This document shows positions 1 to 9,989 of a stretch of DNA of 64,000 bases, in pieces (positions within the stretch are counted from its first letter, which is position 1; the number at the start of each line of letters is the position of its first letter). The position numbers were made by a program, and so were the translations under genes. Origin of the DNA: Candidatus Parcubacteria bacterium (GTDB lineage Bacteria; Patescibacteriota; Saccharimonadia; UBA4664; JBIOIQ01); NCBI GenBank assembly GCA_963718875.1, contig OY970378.1, positions 260,396-324,395 of the forward strand, in the 5' to 3' direction. The notes under the pieces were generated by a model. The model had not been told where the DNA came from. It saw only the letters and a list, made by a program, of their open reading frames with translations, and searched no databases.

Positions 1-161
1 GAGCGCGTGCAGAGGTTGTGTATGAAGCAGATAGGAACCGTTTGATTGAGCAAGTTTCGTCCGTTGCTGGACCAGGCGATGTGGTGCTTTGTATGTCGGT
101 TAACGGATATGATCAAGTCGCCCAAGAGTTGGCAGCTAAAATAACGCTTAAACAAAGTTAA
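1..161 (+). CDS. 3' end of Mur ligase family protein (Mpl/MurC-like), partial
   Basis: Manual translation ARAEVVYEADRNRLIEQVSSVAGPGDVVLCMSVNGYDQVAQELAAK...*; PGDVVLCMS resembles the Mur ligase C-terminal domain. Confidence 0.6.
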   Translation, partial: ARAEVVYEADRNRLIEQVSSVAGPGDVVLCMSVNGYDQVAQELAAKITLKQS

Positions 162-223
162 AAATAGCTTTTCCTTTAGGTATTACTGATGATACGATAC
201 GCTTGTAAGTTAAGGCTTAAAGA

Positions 224-1021
224 ATGGTAAACGAAGAGCTTTTGCACCAATTATTTGAACTTTCGATTGATGTTATGTATAGCGTGTCGATACCTGACGG
301 TTTAATTTTGGCGTTATCACCAGCTTTTACCGGACTTACTGGTTGGCCAGCTGAGGATTGGATTGGCCGGGCTTTCATGGATTTAATTCACCCCGATGAT
401 CGTAAATTGGCTATGGAGGCTTTCAAGATGAGGGCCAATGGTAAAGAGCCGGGACCGACTAGTCTGAAAATACTGACAAGGAATAAGGGAGATCTTATAG
501 CTGAGTTTACTAGCGCTTTAGTCAAGATTGAAGGACGGCCAACATCGATAATTGGGATTGCTCGAAACGTTACAGAACGAAAAATGATTGAGGATGAGTT
601 GGGGCGACGTAGTCGTCAAGTCCTACATATTCTTGAAAGTATTACCGATGGCGTTTATTTGCTGGATAATGAATGGCGGTATGTTATGCTCAACGATACG
701 GCTGAGGAGTTAACCGGAAAGTCGAGCTCCGAGTTGATAGGCAAAGTGTTTTGGGAAGTACGGTCTCCCGAGACAGTTAAGGCGTTATCGCAAAAGTTCC
801 GAGAGGCTAAGGAAACTAGTAAGGTAGTGGTTTTTGAAGAAGCTGATTTAAGTGCGCGCAAATGGTATGAAATTCGCGCCTATCCTCACGTTGATGGGTT
901 GGCAGTTTATTTTACTGACATTTCATTACGCAAGCGCACTGAGGAGCAGTTAAAAAAGCACAGCGAAGGCGTGGAAAAGATTTTAGGAGACATTTTGGGG
1001 ATACAGGAGAAGTGGAGCTAG
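224..1021 (+). CDS. Tandem PAS-PAS sensor protein without output domain
   Basis: Two PAS/PAC units (LIHPDDR...IARNVTERK; ILESITDG...FTDISLRK); ends ~25 aa after the second PAC. Confidence 0.85.
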   Translation: MVNEELLHQLFELSIDVMYSVSIPDGLILALSPAFTGLTGWPAEDWIGRAFMDLIHPDDRKLAMEAFKMRANGKEPGPTSLKILTRNKGDLIAEFTSALVKIEGRPTSIIGIARNVTERKMIEDELGRRSRQVLHILESITDGVYLLDNEWRYVMLNDTAEELTGKSSSELIGKVFWEVRSPETVKALSQKFREAKETSKVVVFEEADLSARKWYEIRAYPHVDGLAVYFTDISLRKRTEEQLKKHSEGVEKILGDILGIQEKWS

Positions 1022-1346
1022 GTCGGGTCGCGCGTGGCAATTTGCTTATTGAGCTTGGTAGTGCATAATTAACAAAATGAAACCCAAAATCGTTATCCTG
1101 AGTTGTGGTGGAACTATGGCCATGAAGTCCAATGGACATGGAGCTCTAGTCCCGGCTAAGACAGTTGATGAGTTAGTGGCGTTTTTGCCTCAAATTAGAG
1201 ATAGGGCTAATATCCACAGGGAAGATGGTATTGAGCTGGAAAATAGATGATTTAAAAACACTGACTAAATTAGCTTGGGAACGCGACCTTAGATAAGATA
1301 TTATAAGGTTTGATAAAATGGTCGCTTATGGTTATGATTGTATCTG

Positions 1347-2546
1347 ATGAATAACCAAGAGAACTCAGTCAAAAAAATTGTGATTGTTGGCGGTGGATTT
1401 GGTGGAGTCAGGCTGGCAAAGCTACTCTACAAACGGCCTGAACTGCAAATAACTCTTATAAGTGACCAAGATTATTTTGCTTATTATCCGCAGTTGTATC
1501 ATGCGGCTACAGGTGGATCGCGGTCAGAGGCCGCGATTCCTTTATCAGAACTATTTTCTGATACGTCAGTAAGGGTAGTTATCGACAAACTAGAAAAGGT
1601 TAACCCAACACGACATGATATCAGTACGGTTTCTGGCCAGACTTTTGCCTATGACTATCTTGTTCTGGCGCTAGGTAACGTTACCAATTACTTCGGTATA
1701 AGTGGCATGGAGGAGTATTCATACAACATTAAGACTATTGCCGGAGCGGATAAGTTTAAACGGCATTTACATCAAGAACTTATGGATGAGCATCGACTTG
1801 ATGCGAACTATGTAATTGTAGGGGCGGGCCCCACCGGGGTTGAGCTGTCGTCGGTTTTGGGTGAATATTTACGTAAGATTAGCGTGTACCACAAAGTTTC
1901 TACGCTTAATCTTAAGGTGGACTTAGTGGAGGCTGCGCCTCGAGTATTGCCAAGATCGCCTGAAGAGGTCAGTACTAAAATTTCAGACCGATTGGGGAGG
2001 TTGGGAGTAACAGTTATGACAGGTGTCACTGTAGAAGGTGAAACAGCTACAAAACTAAAATTAAAAGGGAAGGATTTAGTTACTGAAACAGTAGTCTGGA
2101 CAGCGGGAGTCGCAAATAATCCCTTCTATAAATTGCATCCGGAAATATTCAGCTTATCCAAGAATGGTCGCGTTGCCGTAGATGAACATCTTATGGCTGT
2201 TGATGACGTTTATGTTATAGGTGACAATGCCGACACACAATATAGCGGGATGGCTCAAACTGCCATTGCCGATGCTAATTACCTGGCAAGAGACATTGTG
2301 AGCCAGATTAAGCAGGGTCAGCGCAAACCGTATAAGCCAGCCAAGCCGATTAGCGTTATCCCTGTGGGCAAGGGATGGGCGGTAGTTGAGTGGGGCAATT
2401 TAAAAATCTATGGCAGGTTGGGGTGGTGGCTAAGACGACTGGCGGATTTAATAGCCTATCACGATATTGAAAGTTGGCCAAAAGCTGTTCGGGTGTGGCT
2501 TAAAGAACCGCTTGTTTATCATGACTGCCCGGTCTGTAAAGACTAA
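1347..2546 (+). CDS. NAD(P)/FAD-dependent oxidoreductase, type II NADH dehydrogenase-like
   Basis: IVIVGGGFGG, YDYLVLALG, IVGAGPTGVE and VYVIGD motifs. Confidence 0.88.
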   Translation: MNNQENSVKKIVIVGGGFGGVRLAKLLYKRPELQITLISDQDYFAYYPQLYHAATGGSRSEAAIPLSELFSDTSVRVVIDKLEKVNPTRHDISTVSGQTFAYDYLVLALGNVTNYFGISGMEEYSYNIKTIAGADKFKRHLHQELMDEHRLDANYVIVGAGPTGVELSSVLGEYLRKISVYHKVSTLNLKVDLVEAAPRVLPRSPEEVSTKISDRLGRLGVTVMTGVTVEGETATKLKLKGKDLVTETVVWTAGVANNPFYKLHPEIFSLSKNGRVAVDEHLMAVDDVYVIGDNADTQYSGMAQTAIADANYLARDIVSQIKQGQRKPYKPAKPISVIPVGKGWAVVEWGNLKIYGRLGWWLRRLADLIAYHDIESWPKAVRVWLKEPLVYHDCPVCKD

Positions 2547-3316
2547 GAAGTAGCCGTTCGTTTAACTTGATCTACAACTTTCGCCACTTCGGCGGGTGTA
2601 ACATCTTCAAAGTGTTTGTTCCCGAGGTCAAGTAGGGGTACCCAAATCCGCTTAGCTTGTTTGTGGGTAAGGGTCGCATATTTGACCAGGATAACCATGA
2701 GCAAAGTAAAGCCAGTGCATAATATTGCTAGGAGCAGGCGAAAGAACAGTACATTGCCGTAGTCAGTTTGGAGCACAAAGAACAAGGTAACGCTAAATAA
2801 TACCAACAACACCAGCCACTCATGGCTATAGAGCTTGCTTTGGTAAAGGTTATTGAGTTCATCGCGATTTTCTTGGGTTTTACTAACTTGGTTGTAGATA
2901 TTATTCATAACCGGGTCGTCTTTGTAGTCTGCTTGCTTGGTAAAACGCAATAACTCATCATAATAGGGGTTATCAGCCTGGATGCTAGAATCGCCTGCGA
3001 TACTTTCTATATAGGCTTTGAGCTTAACTTTTAATTCGTGCCGGACGTTGGCAGGCAGTAAATGAGATTGGGCTAAAACATCGAGAATCATCATGGTTTC
3101 TTTACGGACTGTCTTAGCTAGTGAATCAACTCTGGCTTTTTGGCCATTCAAAATCGGGCTAAAATAAAAACCAAACAAAAATGTATTAACCGAAAATAAA
3201 GCGAGCTGCCCGGGAGTTAGCTGGATATGGTTAATGTACGTAAGTACTACTACGAACAAAACAAACAGGCTTGGGTACAAATAGGATAGGCGAATATTAA
3301 GTATGTTTTGAAGCAT
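2543..3316 (-). CDS. Integral membrane protein (DUF4239/bestrophin-like topology)
   Basis: 2+2 TM helices separated by a helical soluble region; TATAAT 6 nt before ATG. Confidence 0.6.
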   Translation of the reverse strand: MLQNILNIRLSYLYPSLFVLFVVVLTYINHIQLTPGQLALFSVNTFLFGFYFSPILNGQKARVDSLAKTVRKETMMILDVLAQSHLLPANVRHELKVKLKAYIESIAGDSSIQADNPYYDELLRFTKQADYKDDPVMNNIYNQVSKTQENRDELNNLYQSKLYSHEWLVLLVLFSVTLFFVLQTDYGNVLFFRLLLAILCTGFTLLMVILVKYATLTHKQAKRIWVPLLDLGNKHFEDVTPAEVAKVVDQVKRTATS

Positions 3317-3451
3317 GCAATGATTATATCATCTCGGCATAAGCACTTTAAATAATAATCTTTACTCGAAAATCAAAATTGTAAAAGCCATCTTAAGCGT
3401 TCTCTCAGATGGGGGGGTTAATGTAGTGCTCATTAAGGGGTAATTTTGCAA

Positions 3452-3931
3452 ATGAAAAAAATATCTGTAGCCACAATTGTTCCAATTATAGCCATGGCGG
3501 TGGCTGGAGCTGGCGTATATGGTGTTAGTCGGGCGGTCGCCGACTCCAATGCTAATAAATCGACTATTGTGCAAGAAATTGCTGATACTTTTAAGCTTGA
3601 TAAGGCAAAAGTACAGGCAGTGTTTGATAAGCACAAAAACGAAGTCAGGGTGGATCACCAGGCTCGATATGAGGAGCGTTTGAATCAGGCTGTGAGTGAC
3701 AAGAAGTTGACCAGTGCTCAAAAAAAGGCAATTTTGGCTGAGCATAAAAAATTGCAGAGCCAAATGGAAGCAGCCCGTACAAGCGGTACTAATAAACGAG
3801 AAAATATGGAGAAAATTCGCTCAGAAGCCACTGATTGGGCCAAACAGAACGATATTGATGTTAAATGGCTGATGTTTGGTGGGGAGCGAATTCATGGTAA
3901 AGGGGTAAATACTGAAAATTTTTCTAAATAG
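3452..3931 (+). CDS. Secreted helical hypothetical protein
   Basis: MKK plus hydrophobic signal; charged helical body. Confidence 0.7.
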   Translation: MKKISVATIVPIIAMAVAGAGVYGVSRAVADSNANKSTIVQEIADTFKLDKAKVQAVFDKHKNEVRVDHQARYEERLNQAVSDKKLTSAQKKAILAEHKKLQSQMEAARTSGTNKRENMEKIRSEATDWAKQNDIDVKWLMFGGERIHGKGVNTENFSK

Positions 3932-4830
3932 TCGGCAATGTATCTAGTGATATATACAAGTCGCCCCCGCAAGGACGGCTTGTCCCTGGCGGGGGTTAAT
4001 TTTGGAGACGGAGTAGTGGAACTTGCGGAGTCTGGCAGTACTACCCAGAAGTTGCTGACTGGTCTTGGTCCGGACGACGGAATGTTGCGCAGCTCTCCGT
4101 CTACGACCATTTGAGTGGATCCGCCTCCATCTAGGTTGGCGGCGTCAGTGGCACCCAGTCTTAACATCAGGCTTGCTGCTTCATTGAGGCTCATACCGCT
4201 GCTCGCGCGTCCTTTGTCGACTGTGACGAAGATGATTTCTCCGGTTTGGGCGTTCCATCCCATCAAAGTTCGGGCTTGTCTGGATTCAGTGAAGATGGTG
4301 TGCTCTGAAATGGAGGTTTGTATGCCGTCTCGGAGTAGGCGGTAACTGGCCCCTAGGCTTTGAAAAGTCCCAGGTGGGATTTCTCCGTTTTCGCCGTAAC
4401 TAGGGCGGTTTGCTTTGTCGAGTGACACTTGGCTGTGATTGGTGACGGTGGGTCGGATGGGTTGGCCATCTGTAACAATTCCGCCAATCGGTATGCCGTT
4501 GTATAGGTGGATGTCCCCGTTGACCACTAGGAGCGCGTTTAGAGATTTGGCGATGTCGCTCGGCAGGGCCATGAAATGACCCTTGGAATCACGAGGAGCC
4601 AATATGGCCTTGATCTCTACTGCGGCATCTATAGGGATACGGGCGACGTTTATGACGTTCGCGGGATTCGTTTCGGTGATGGTTTGGTATGTCATGCTTG
4701 CTGGTAGCAAGGGAGCGACAGCGCGAGTAGTTGAGGTAGTTGGACTGATTGCGGAAGCCTCTGGCTCACCTATTCTGGATGAAGAGCCGAGAATTATTAT
4801 CAGGCATGCGACAAATGCCAGTCTGCGCAT
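3892..4830 (-). CDS. Phosphodiester glycosidase (NAGPA-like) family exported protein
   Basis: ARTLMG, VTVDKG, GMSLNE and AANLDGGGSTQM motifs; signal peptide; GAGGAGG SD before ATG 4830. Confidence 0.85.
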   Translation of the reverse strand: MRRLAFVACLIIILGSSSRIGEPEASAISPTTSTTRAVAPLLPASMTYQTITETNPANVINVARIPIDAAVEIKAILAPRDSKGHFMALPSDIAKSLNALLVVNGDIHLYNGIPIGGIVTDGQPIRPTVTNHSQVSLDKANRPSYGENGEIPPGTFQSLGASYRLLRDGIQTSISEHTIFTESRQARTLMGWNAQTGEIIFVTVDKGRASSGMSLNEAASLMLRLGATDAANLDGGGSTQMVVDGELRNIPSSGPRPVSNFWVVLPDSASSTTPSPKLTPARDKPSLRGRLVYITRYIADYLEKFSVFTPLP

Positions 4831-4955
4831 GACCCTCCTCTCTAGATTGTGATGTGCGCCGGTTTGGCTAATATTAGCATAAAGCCACGTAAGCATAAGG
4901 GCAACAATAAAAACACCCATAGAATGGGTGTTTTTATTGTATGGGGTGGGGCGTT

Positions 4956-5663
4956 TTAAAACTTTTCTGGGTATTGTTTGACTATGGCGCTTGCCAGCGT
5001 ACTCATGAGGCTTTGAATATGCTTGGCTGCGGCTGCCTGGTCGGTGACTTCAAGGGTATAGTTTCCGGCTACGTGGTCGTCAATGACTTTGGCAGTCATG
5101 GCTACGTGGTCGCCAAAAGCTGACTCTAGAGTGGCTAGGGGCAGGTTGGGGTTAGCACCAGCAAGTAAAGCCGAGATGGGCTTGGTGTAGTTGGTAGCAA
5201 TATCGTTTAACGCAGCGGTTTTGTCGGCTTCTTTTTTGGCTTTGGCTGCCGTGGCGTAGTTTCCCAAAGCGTTTAAGTGGACATTCCAGATTTTTTGAAA
5301 CTCATCTTGAGTGGCTTGGCCGTAAACACTACCTATAGCAGCAGAAATCTCTGTTCCGTTAGCGGTAAGGGCTGCTTTTAGAACTGCAGCATCAGCTTTG
5401 CCGTCAAGGGCGGAATTGATTGCTTGGTTGGTTAAGTTCATATGGGTTGTTCCTAGAGCTACAAGAGTGGCACGGAGATCGGCAGATTTGGTAGTAGTGT
5501 CGGGGGTAGGTGCTGAGGGTGCCGGGGTGGAGGTGACGGTAGGCTCGGTTTGAGCTATGAGTTTGGCGGCGCCAAATCCTAGGGCTACTCCGATTACTCC
5601 TACAACTATTACAACGACAGTTCGTCCTCCTTTGGACGTATTTTGATCTACGTTATTGTCCAT
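4956..5663 (-). CDS. Membrane-anchored helical protein (repeat of the type annotated as copper amine oxidase-associated)
   Basis: N-terminal TM, Pro/Thr linker, ADLRATL...H, FQKIWNVH and IVKQYPEKF pattern. Confidence 0.65.
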   Translation of the reverse strand: MDNNVDQNTSKGGRTVVVIVVGVIGVALGFGAAKLIAQTEPTVTSTPAPSAPTPDTTTKSADLRATLVALGTTHMNLTNQAINSALDGKADAAVLKAALTANGTEISAAIGSVYGQATQDEFQKIWNVHLNALGNYATAAKAKKEADKTAALNDIATNYTKPISALLAGANPNLPLATLESAFGDHVAMTAKVIDDHVAGNYTLEVTDQAAAAKHIQSLMSTLASAIVKQYPEKF

Positions 5664-5946
5664 TTTATAACCACCTTTCAATTATGCATCATTTTAGCAT
5701 AAGAGCTTTATTTAAAACGATGCTTTCATTAGTTCACCTCAATTCATTACAGTCTATATCGCTGGGGACGTCAATATGCATGTCCATGTCTAGAGTCTAC
5801 TCGGCTTAAATAAGGGGTTTTAAAATAAAAAAACTTCGCTAAAAATTAGCGAAGCGAGAGTTAATAAGTTGAGGGCCGGGACGGCGACAGCAGATGCTGT
5901 CGCCGTCCCGGAAGGGGGCGATGAAGGGACGTTGGGTGGAAGTCCG

Positions 5947-6255
5947 CTAGACGGACAGGAGGTTGCGGAGGGTGGCCCGGCTCATGTCTCCGATGGGGAT
6001 GCCGCCGAAAACCTGAGAGATCTCCCGGATGGTGATCAAGTAGACCTTCTCGTCGGTGCGGACCGAGAGCCCGATCCAGCTGGGCGTGCCGCGGCTGACG
6101 CAGCCGTCCATCACCTTGCTGTTGCGGATTGATGTGATCATGAGGTTCGTGATGACCTCCCGGGTGTCCGGGTCGTTGCTGTAGGCTCTCAACGTGTCGT
6201 CGTCCATGCTGACGACGAAGACCATGGGAGGGTTGGATTTGTCGGATATTGCCAT
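5947..6255 (-). CDS. GC-rich orphan hypothetical protein (cassette-type)
   Basis: GAAGGAG SD; own TTGACT-17-TAGTAT promoter (about 6353-6381, minus); downstream hairpin 5878-5911. Confidence 0.65.
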   Translation of the reverse strand: MAISDKSNPPMVFVVSMDDDTLRAYSNDPDTREVITNLMITSIRNSKVMDGCVSRGTPSWIGLSVRTDEKVYLITIREISQVFGGIPIGDMSRATLRNLLSV

Positions 6256-6421
6256 GACTGACTCCTTCTCTATGGGTCTAGGCGAGACTTCATCGCTGTG
6301 AATGATCAGCTTCTCGGATGAGTTATAGCCCACCCAAGAAAATCATTTTTTCATACTAACATATTAATTACTCTAAGTCAACTCTTTTTATCTGAACCGC
6401 TCTCATTCCCTCGCTCAAGCC

Positions 6422-6521
6422 TGTCATCCTGAAGAGAAAGGCCCCGCCTTGGCGGGGACATTTCTACCGTTCAGGATCTCTCATCTAGATTAAGAGGCCC
6501 TGAAACAAGTTCAGGGTGACA
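6422..6521. repeat. REP-like palindromic cluster (GTCATCCTGAA...TTCAGGATC)
   Basis: Same ends recur at 8238-8290 and 58866-58891. Confidence 0.65.
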
Positions 6522-6628
6522 ATTTTGGAGGTCTTGGAGGCAAAGTGAGGGTGGCTCAGTCTTTTTATCACAAATTCAGGTTTAGTGACAAAGTCGTACT
6601 TCTCGTGGGGAAAGAAGTCTGACTTGTC

Positions 6629-6657
6629 TTGTGTTCGGTAATTGTTCGGTATATAAT
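6629..6657 (+). promoter_or_regulatory. sigma70 promoter TTGTGT-17-TATAAT overlapped by GTTC-N7-GTTC direct repeat (candidate LexA box)
   Basis: GTTCGGTAATTGTTCGGT at 6633-6650, upstream of a Y-family polymerase cassette; 17/18 copy at 61102-61119. Confidence 0.65.
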
Positions 6658-6682
6658 GAATACTCAAATCAAGAGGAGCGTG

Positions 6683-6946
6683 ATGCACGAAGCAGTTAAT
6701 GAACCGGTTGATGTTGTGGCTTCGTTTGTGCGCGGTCCCAAAAAAACCGTTAAGGTGCGCCCTCACATGCTGAAGTGGCAGGGCAAGCGGTACAAAGTTG
6801 ATACGTTTGGGTTGTACCATCCGGAGCGACGAGGGGCACAGTTATTCCATATATTTAGTTTTTCTTGTGGCTCGACGGCTTTTCGGGTGGAGCTAGATCC
6901 AGATACGTTGGGCTGGACTTTAACTCAAGTTTTTTACGGAGGTTAA
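6683..6946 (+). CDS. Small beta-rich protein of mutagenesis cassette (DUF6504-like)
   Basis: AGGAG SD; P..LKWQGKRYKV...HIFS...WTL pattern; directly upstream of the DinB-like gene. Confidence 0.7.
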   Translation: MHEAVNEPVDVVASFVRGPKKTVKVRPHMLKWQGKRYKVDTFGLYHPERRGAQLFHIFSFSCGSTAFRVELDPDTLGWTLTQVFYGG

Positions 6947-6951
6947 GGCAT

Positions 6952-8229
6952 ATGGAGCTAGATCATAACTCGGCACCGCCGGAAGTGATGCACATTGACC
7001 TAAACGGGGCTTTTGCAATGACCGAACAGCAGGCCAACCCCTTGATTCGCCATCGCCCGGTGGGCGTGACCAATAGGCTCAATGATTGGGCTATTTGCAT
7101 TACCACCTCTTATGAAGCTAAGCGCTTAGGTATTGTACTCGGGACGCGGATGCGAGAGGCCCGGCAAGTAGCGCCTAATTTTGTCATGGTTGAAAGCGAC
7201 GCAGCTAAATATTCGTACATCCATCAGCAACTGAAGAGTATTTTTGAAAGTTACTCCCCAGTGGTGTTCATGAAGTCGGTAGATGAAGGCATAATTGATT
7301 TTCGGGGAATGCAACCGATTCTCAAAGGGCGTACGCTGGCTGATATTGGGCTGGAAATCAAGCAACGGGTGCGGGATGAGGTGGGAGATTATATGACGGT
7401 CAATGTGGGTATTGCTCAAAACCGCTGGCTGGCCAAGCTAGCGGCTGGGTTTATGAAGCCGGATGGGTTATATCAAATTGATGCCAGTAATGCCGATGCA
7501 GTATACGGTATGTTGGATTTGTGTGAACTGCCTTATATTAAGCGTCGGAATGCATTACGTTTGGCTGGGGCCGGGATTTATAGCACACTGGATTTTTATC
7601 ATGCTCCTGAAGTTGTCCTAACCAAGCAGGTTTTTAAGAGCATTAATGGGCATCATTGGTACCTCAAGCTGCGCGGATATGAAACCGAGGTAGAGTTTGG
7701 TATTAAAACGGTGGGGCGTAATTATGTCTTGGAGCACCGCACGGCGGATCCAGTTGAGCTAGCCCAATTGTTTTATAAAGCGGCGGTTAAAATTAGTCGG
7801 CGACTACGTAAAAACCGACTGGCGGCTCGAGGATTGATGCTTTATTTGGGTTATGCGCAGGATCAAGGTAGTCATCGGGCGTGGGGAAATAGTACCGGCG
7901 CTGGTGGGTGGAGTATGCGCAAAATGTACAAAGTGGCGGCGACCAGGGCCGATCAAATTTACGCTAGAGCTTTGGAGCTGTATCAGATGAGCGGTGGGGG
8001 TGAGGTAGTGACAAGCTTGGTGATGACAACTTATGCTTTAGAGCTAGCTCAAACCAACCAAATGGGGTTGTTTTATGGTGAGGCGGAGAGGCGGGACCGT
8101 TTGGAAGTAGCAATTAATGCTGTTAACGACCGCTATGGGGAGCTAACGGTGGCTGCGGCGGCTGTAGCGGCTTCTAAAAACCCGATGAAGGATAAGATTC
8201 CCTTTGGCACCATCCGATATTTCGATTAG
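6952..8229 (+). CDS. dinB: Y-family DNA polymerase (DinB/UmuC-like)
   Basis: MHIDLNGAFA, SYEAKRLG, SVDEG, VGIAQNRWLAKLA, KPDG and INAVNDRYG motifs. Confidence 0.88.
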   Translation: MELDHNSAPPEVMHIDLNGAFAMTEQQANPLIRHRPVGVTNRLNDWAICITTSYEAKRLGIVLGTRMREARQVAPNFVMVESDAAKYSYIHQQLKSIFESYSPVVFMKSVDEGIIDFRGMQPILKGRTLADIGLEIKQRVRDEVGDYMTVNVGIAQNRWLAKLAAGFMKPDGLYQIDASNADAVYGMLDLCELPYIKRRNALRLAGAGIYSTLDFYHAPEVVLTKQVFKSINGHHWYLKLRGYETEVEFGIKTVGRNYVLEHRTADPVELAQLFYKAAVKISRRLRKNRLAARGLMLYLGYAQDQGSHRAWGNSTGAGGWSMRKMYKVAATRADQIYARALELYQMSGGGEVVTSLVMTTYALELAQTNQMGLFYGEAERRDRLEVAINAVNDRYGELTVAAAAVAASKNPMKDKIPFGTIRYFD

Positions 8230-8237
8230 CCGCTCTT

Positions 8238-8290
8238 TGTCATCCTGAAGAGAAAGCGAGGTACGAGCGCTTCTACTATTCAGGATCTCT
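8238..8290. repeat. REP-like palindrome
   Basis: TGTCATCCTGAAGAGAAAG...TTCAGGATCTC, matching 6422-6480. Confidence 0.65.
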
Positions 8291-8428
8291 TAACTGCTAT
8301 CAACCGAACCAAGCGAATACATTTATTATTCAACTTATGCTTAGAATGATGAAAAACAACCATTCCATTGGTAACTTACTAGGTTTCTATTGGTCGATCT
8401 TTTTGAGCTACTCTGTCATAATACCGGC

Positions 8429-8953
8429 ATGTTTATAAATCAATTTGATAGCATTGCAGGTAGTTACGTAACCCGCTGGCCAGTTTGGTTACATCCAATA
8501 ATGATGGCGGCAACGATTGTAGGTTTGCCTGTGGTGGTGGTGGGTGTGGCACTAGCAGGAACAATAGTAGCCTGGAAACATGCTCAGTCCAAAATAGCCC
8601 TGGCTTTACTGGTTGGCGTGGCGGGATTAGGCGTTAATACGATTTTGAAGTATGGCATACATCGGATAAGGCCAGATACGCCATTCGCGTTGGCAATGAA
8701 GATTAAAAGTTATAGCTTTCCTAGTGGCCACGCTTTTGGTTCGGTGGCTGTATATGGACTATTGGCGTATTTGGCCTTAAGGTATTTGCCTAGTCCTTGG
8801 AACGGGCTCATCATGATGGCTTTGGTAGGCTTAATAACGATAATTGGCCTGTCCCGAGTTTATTTGGGGGCGCATTATCCTACGGACGTGTTGGGTGGAT
8901 GGATGCTGGGTCTAATAACATTGGCGCTAATCATTAACTTCATTAAGCCATAA
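8429..8953 (+). CDS. PAP2-family phosphatase
   Basis: K...RIRP, SFPSGHA and SRVYLGAHYPTDV motifs. Confidence 0.92.
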   Translation: MFINQFDSIAGSYVTRWPVWLHPIMMAATIVGLPVVVVGVALAGTIVAWKHAQSKIALALLVGVAGLGVNTILKYGIHRIRPDTPFALAMKIKSYSFPSGHAFGSVAVYGLLAYLALRYLPSPWNGLIMMALVGLITIIGLSRVYLGAHYPTDVLGGWMLGLITLALIINFIKP

Positions 8954-9816
8954 TGGCCAAGATATACGTCGTTTATAACCGTAATTCGGGTTCGAGCGAT
9001 CAGTTAGATGAACTTAAGCGAGCTTGCGACAAAAACAAATTGGAAGCGGAATTTATTTCGATCAAAGGCTTAGATGGCAGACTATCTGAAGCTAAGTCAA
9101 AGGGGCTAAAAACGATTGTGGCTGCCGGAGGGGATGGGACGGTGAGTGCGGTTGCCGCTCAAGTGGTGGGCACCATGTTCAATATGGGCGTGGTGCCGGT
9201 CGGTACGCTCAATCATTTTGCCAAAGATCTGAAAATACCGCTCGATATAAACCAGGCATTTAAGGTGATTGTTGCAGGAAAAACGACAAAAGTTGATACA
9301 GCTAGGGTTAATGGGCAACTTTTTATTAATAATTCTAGTATTGGAGTTTATCCTTTGGCTGTGCGATCGCGCGACAAGCTAGAATCAAAGATTGGAAAAT
9401 GGCCGGCGGCCTTGGTGGGGAGTGTTAAAGCTTTTTCAAAACTGAATTTATACCAAATCAGCCTCAACGTTGACGGAACGGTTAGCCAGCGTACTATCCC
9501 TTTTGCTTTTGTGGGGAATAACTCTTATAACGCTAACGAATTTGGTTTTACTAATCGCAAAACTTTAAACAAAGGTCAGTTGTGTTTGTACTTAGTTAGG
9601 GCAACGTCGAAGCGCAAAGTTGTACCGCTGGCGTTTAAAGCTTTTGGGGGCAAGGTTGATGACGAAGCCGCCTTTGAGCAGCATTTATGCAAAACAGTTG
9701 TTTTGGACAGCGACATGAAACAGATTGATATCGCTCTGGACGGAGAAGTAAAGCGCTTGTTATTTCCGCTAAAATACGAAATTGTACCTCAAAGTTTGAA
9801 CGTATTGGTTGCTTGA
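8953..9816 (+). CDS. Diacylglycerol kinase-family lipid kinase
   Basis: NRNSG, AAGGDGT, PVGTLNHFA and LDGE motifs. Confidence 0.92.
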   Translation: MAKIYVVYNRNSGSSDQLDELKRACDKNKLEAEFISIKGLDGRLSEAKSKGLKTIVAAGGDGTVSAVAAQVVGTMFNMGVVPVGTLNHFAKDLKIPLDINQAFKVIVAGKTTKVDTARVNGQLFINNSSIGVYPLAVRSRDKLESKIGKWPAALVGSVKAFSKLNLYQISLNVDGTVSQRTIPFAFVGNNSYNANEFGFTNRKTLNKGQLCLYLVRATSKRKVVPLAFKAFGGKVDDEAAFEQHLCKTVVLDSDMKQIDIALDGEVKRLLFPLKYEIVPQSLNVLVA

Positions 9817-9989
9817 TACGACATGAGCCAGCCCATTATTCTTAATTCATGATTTGCGAGGAGTGTTAGCATGACCATGAACAGCACTTATAAATGTGTG
9901 CGGATAGCAAGCAGGCAAAATCGGTTGATTGTCTAATGCATCCTTTTTGCTAGCCGCGGCATGATCGGGGTACTAAAGGGAGATTGAAT

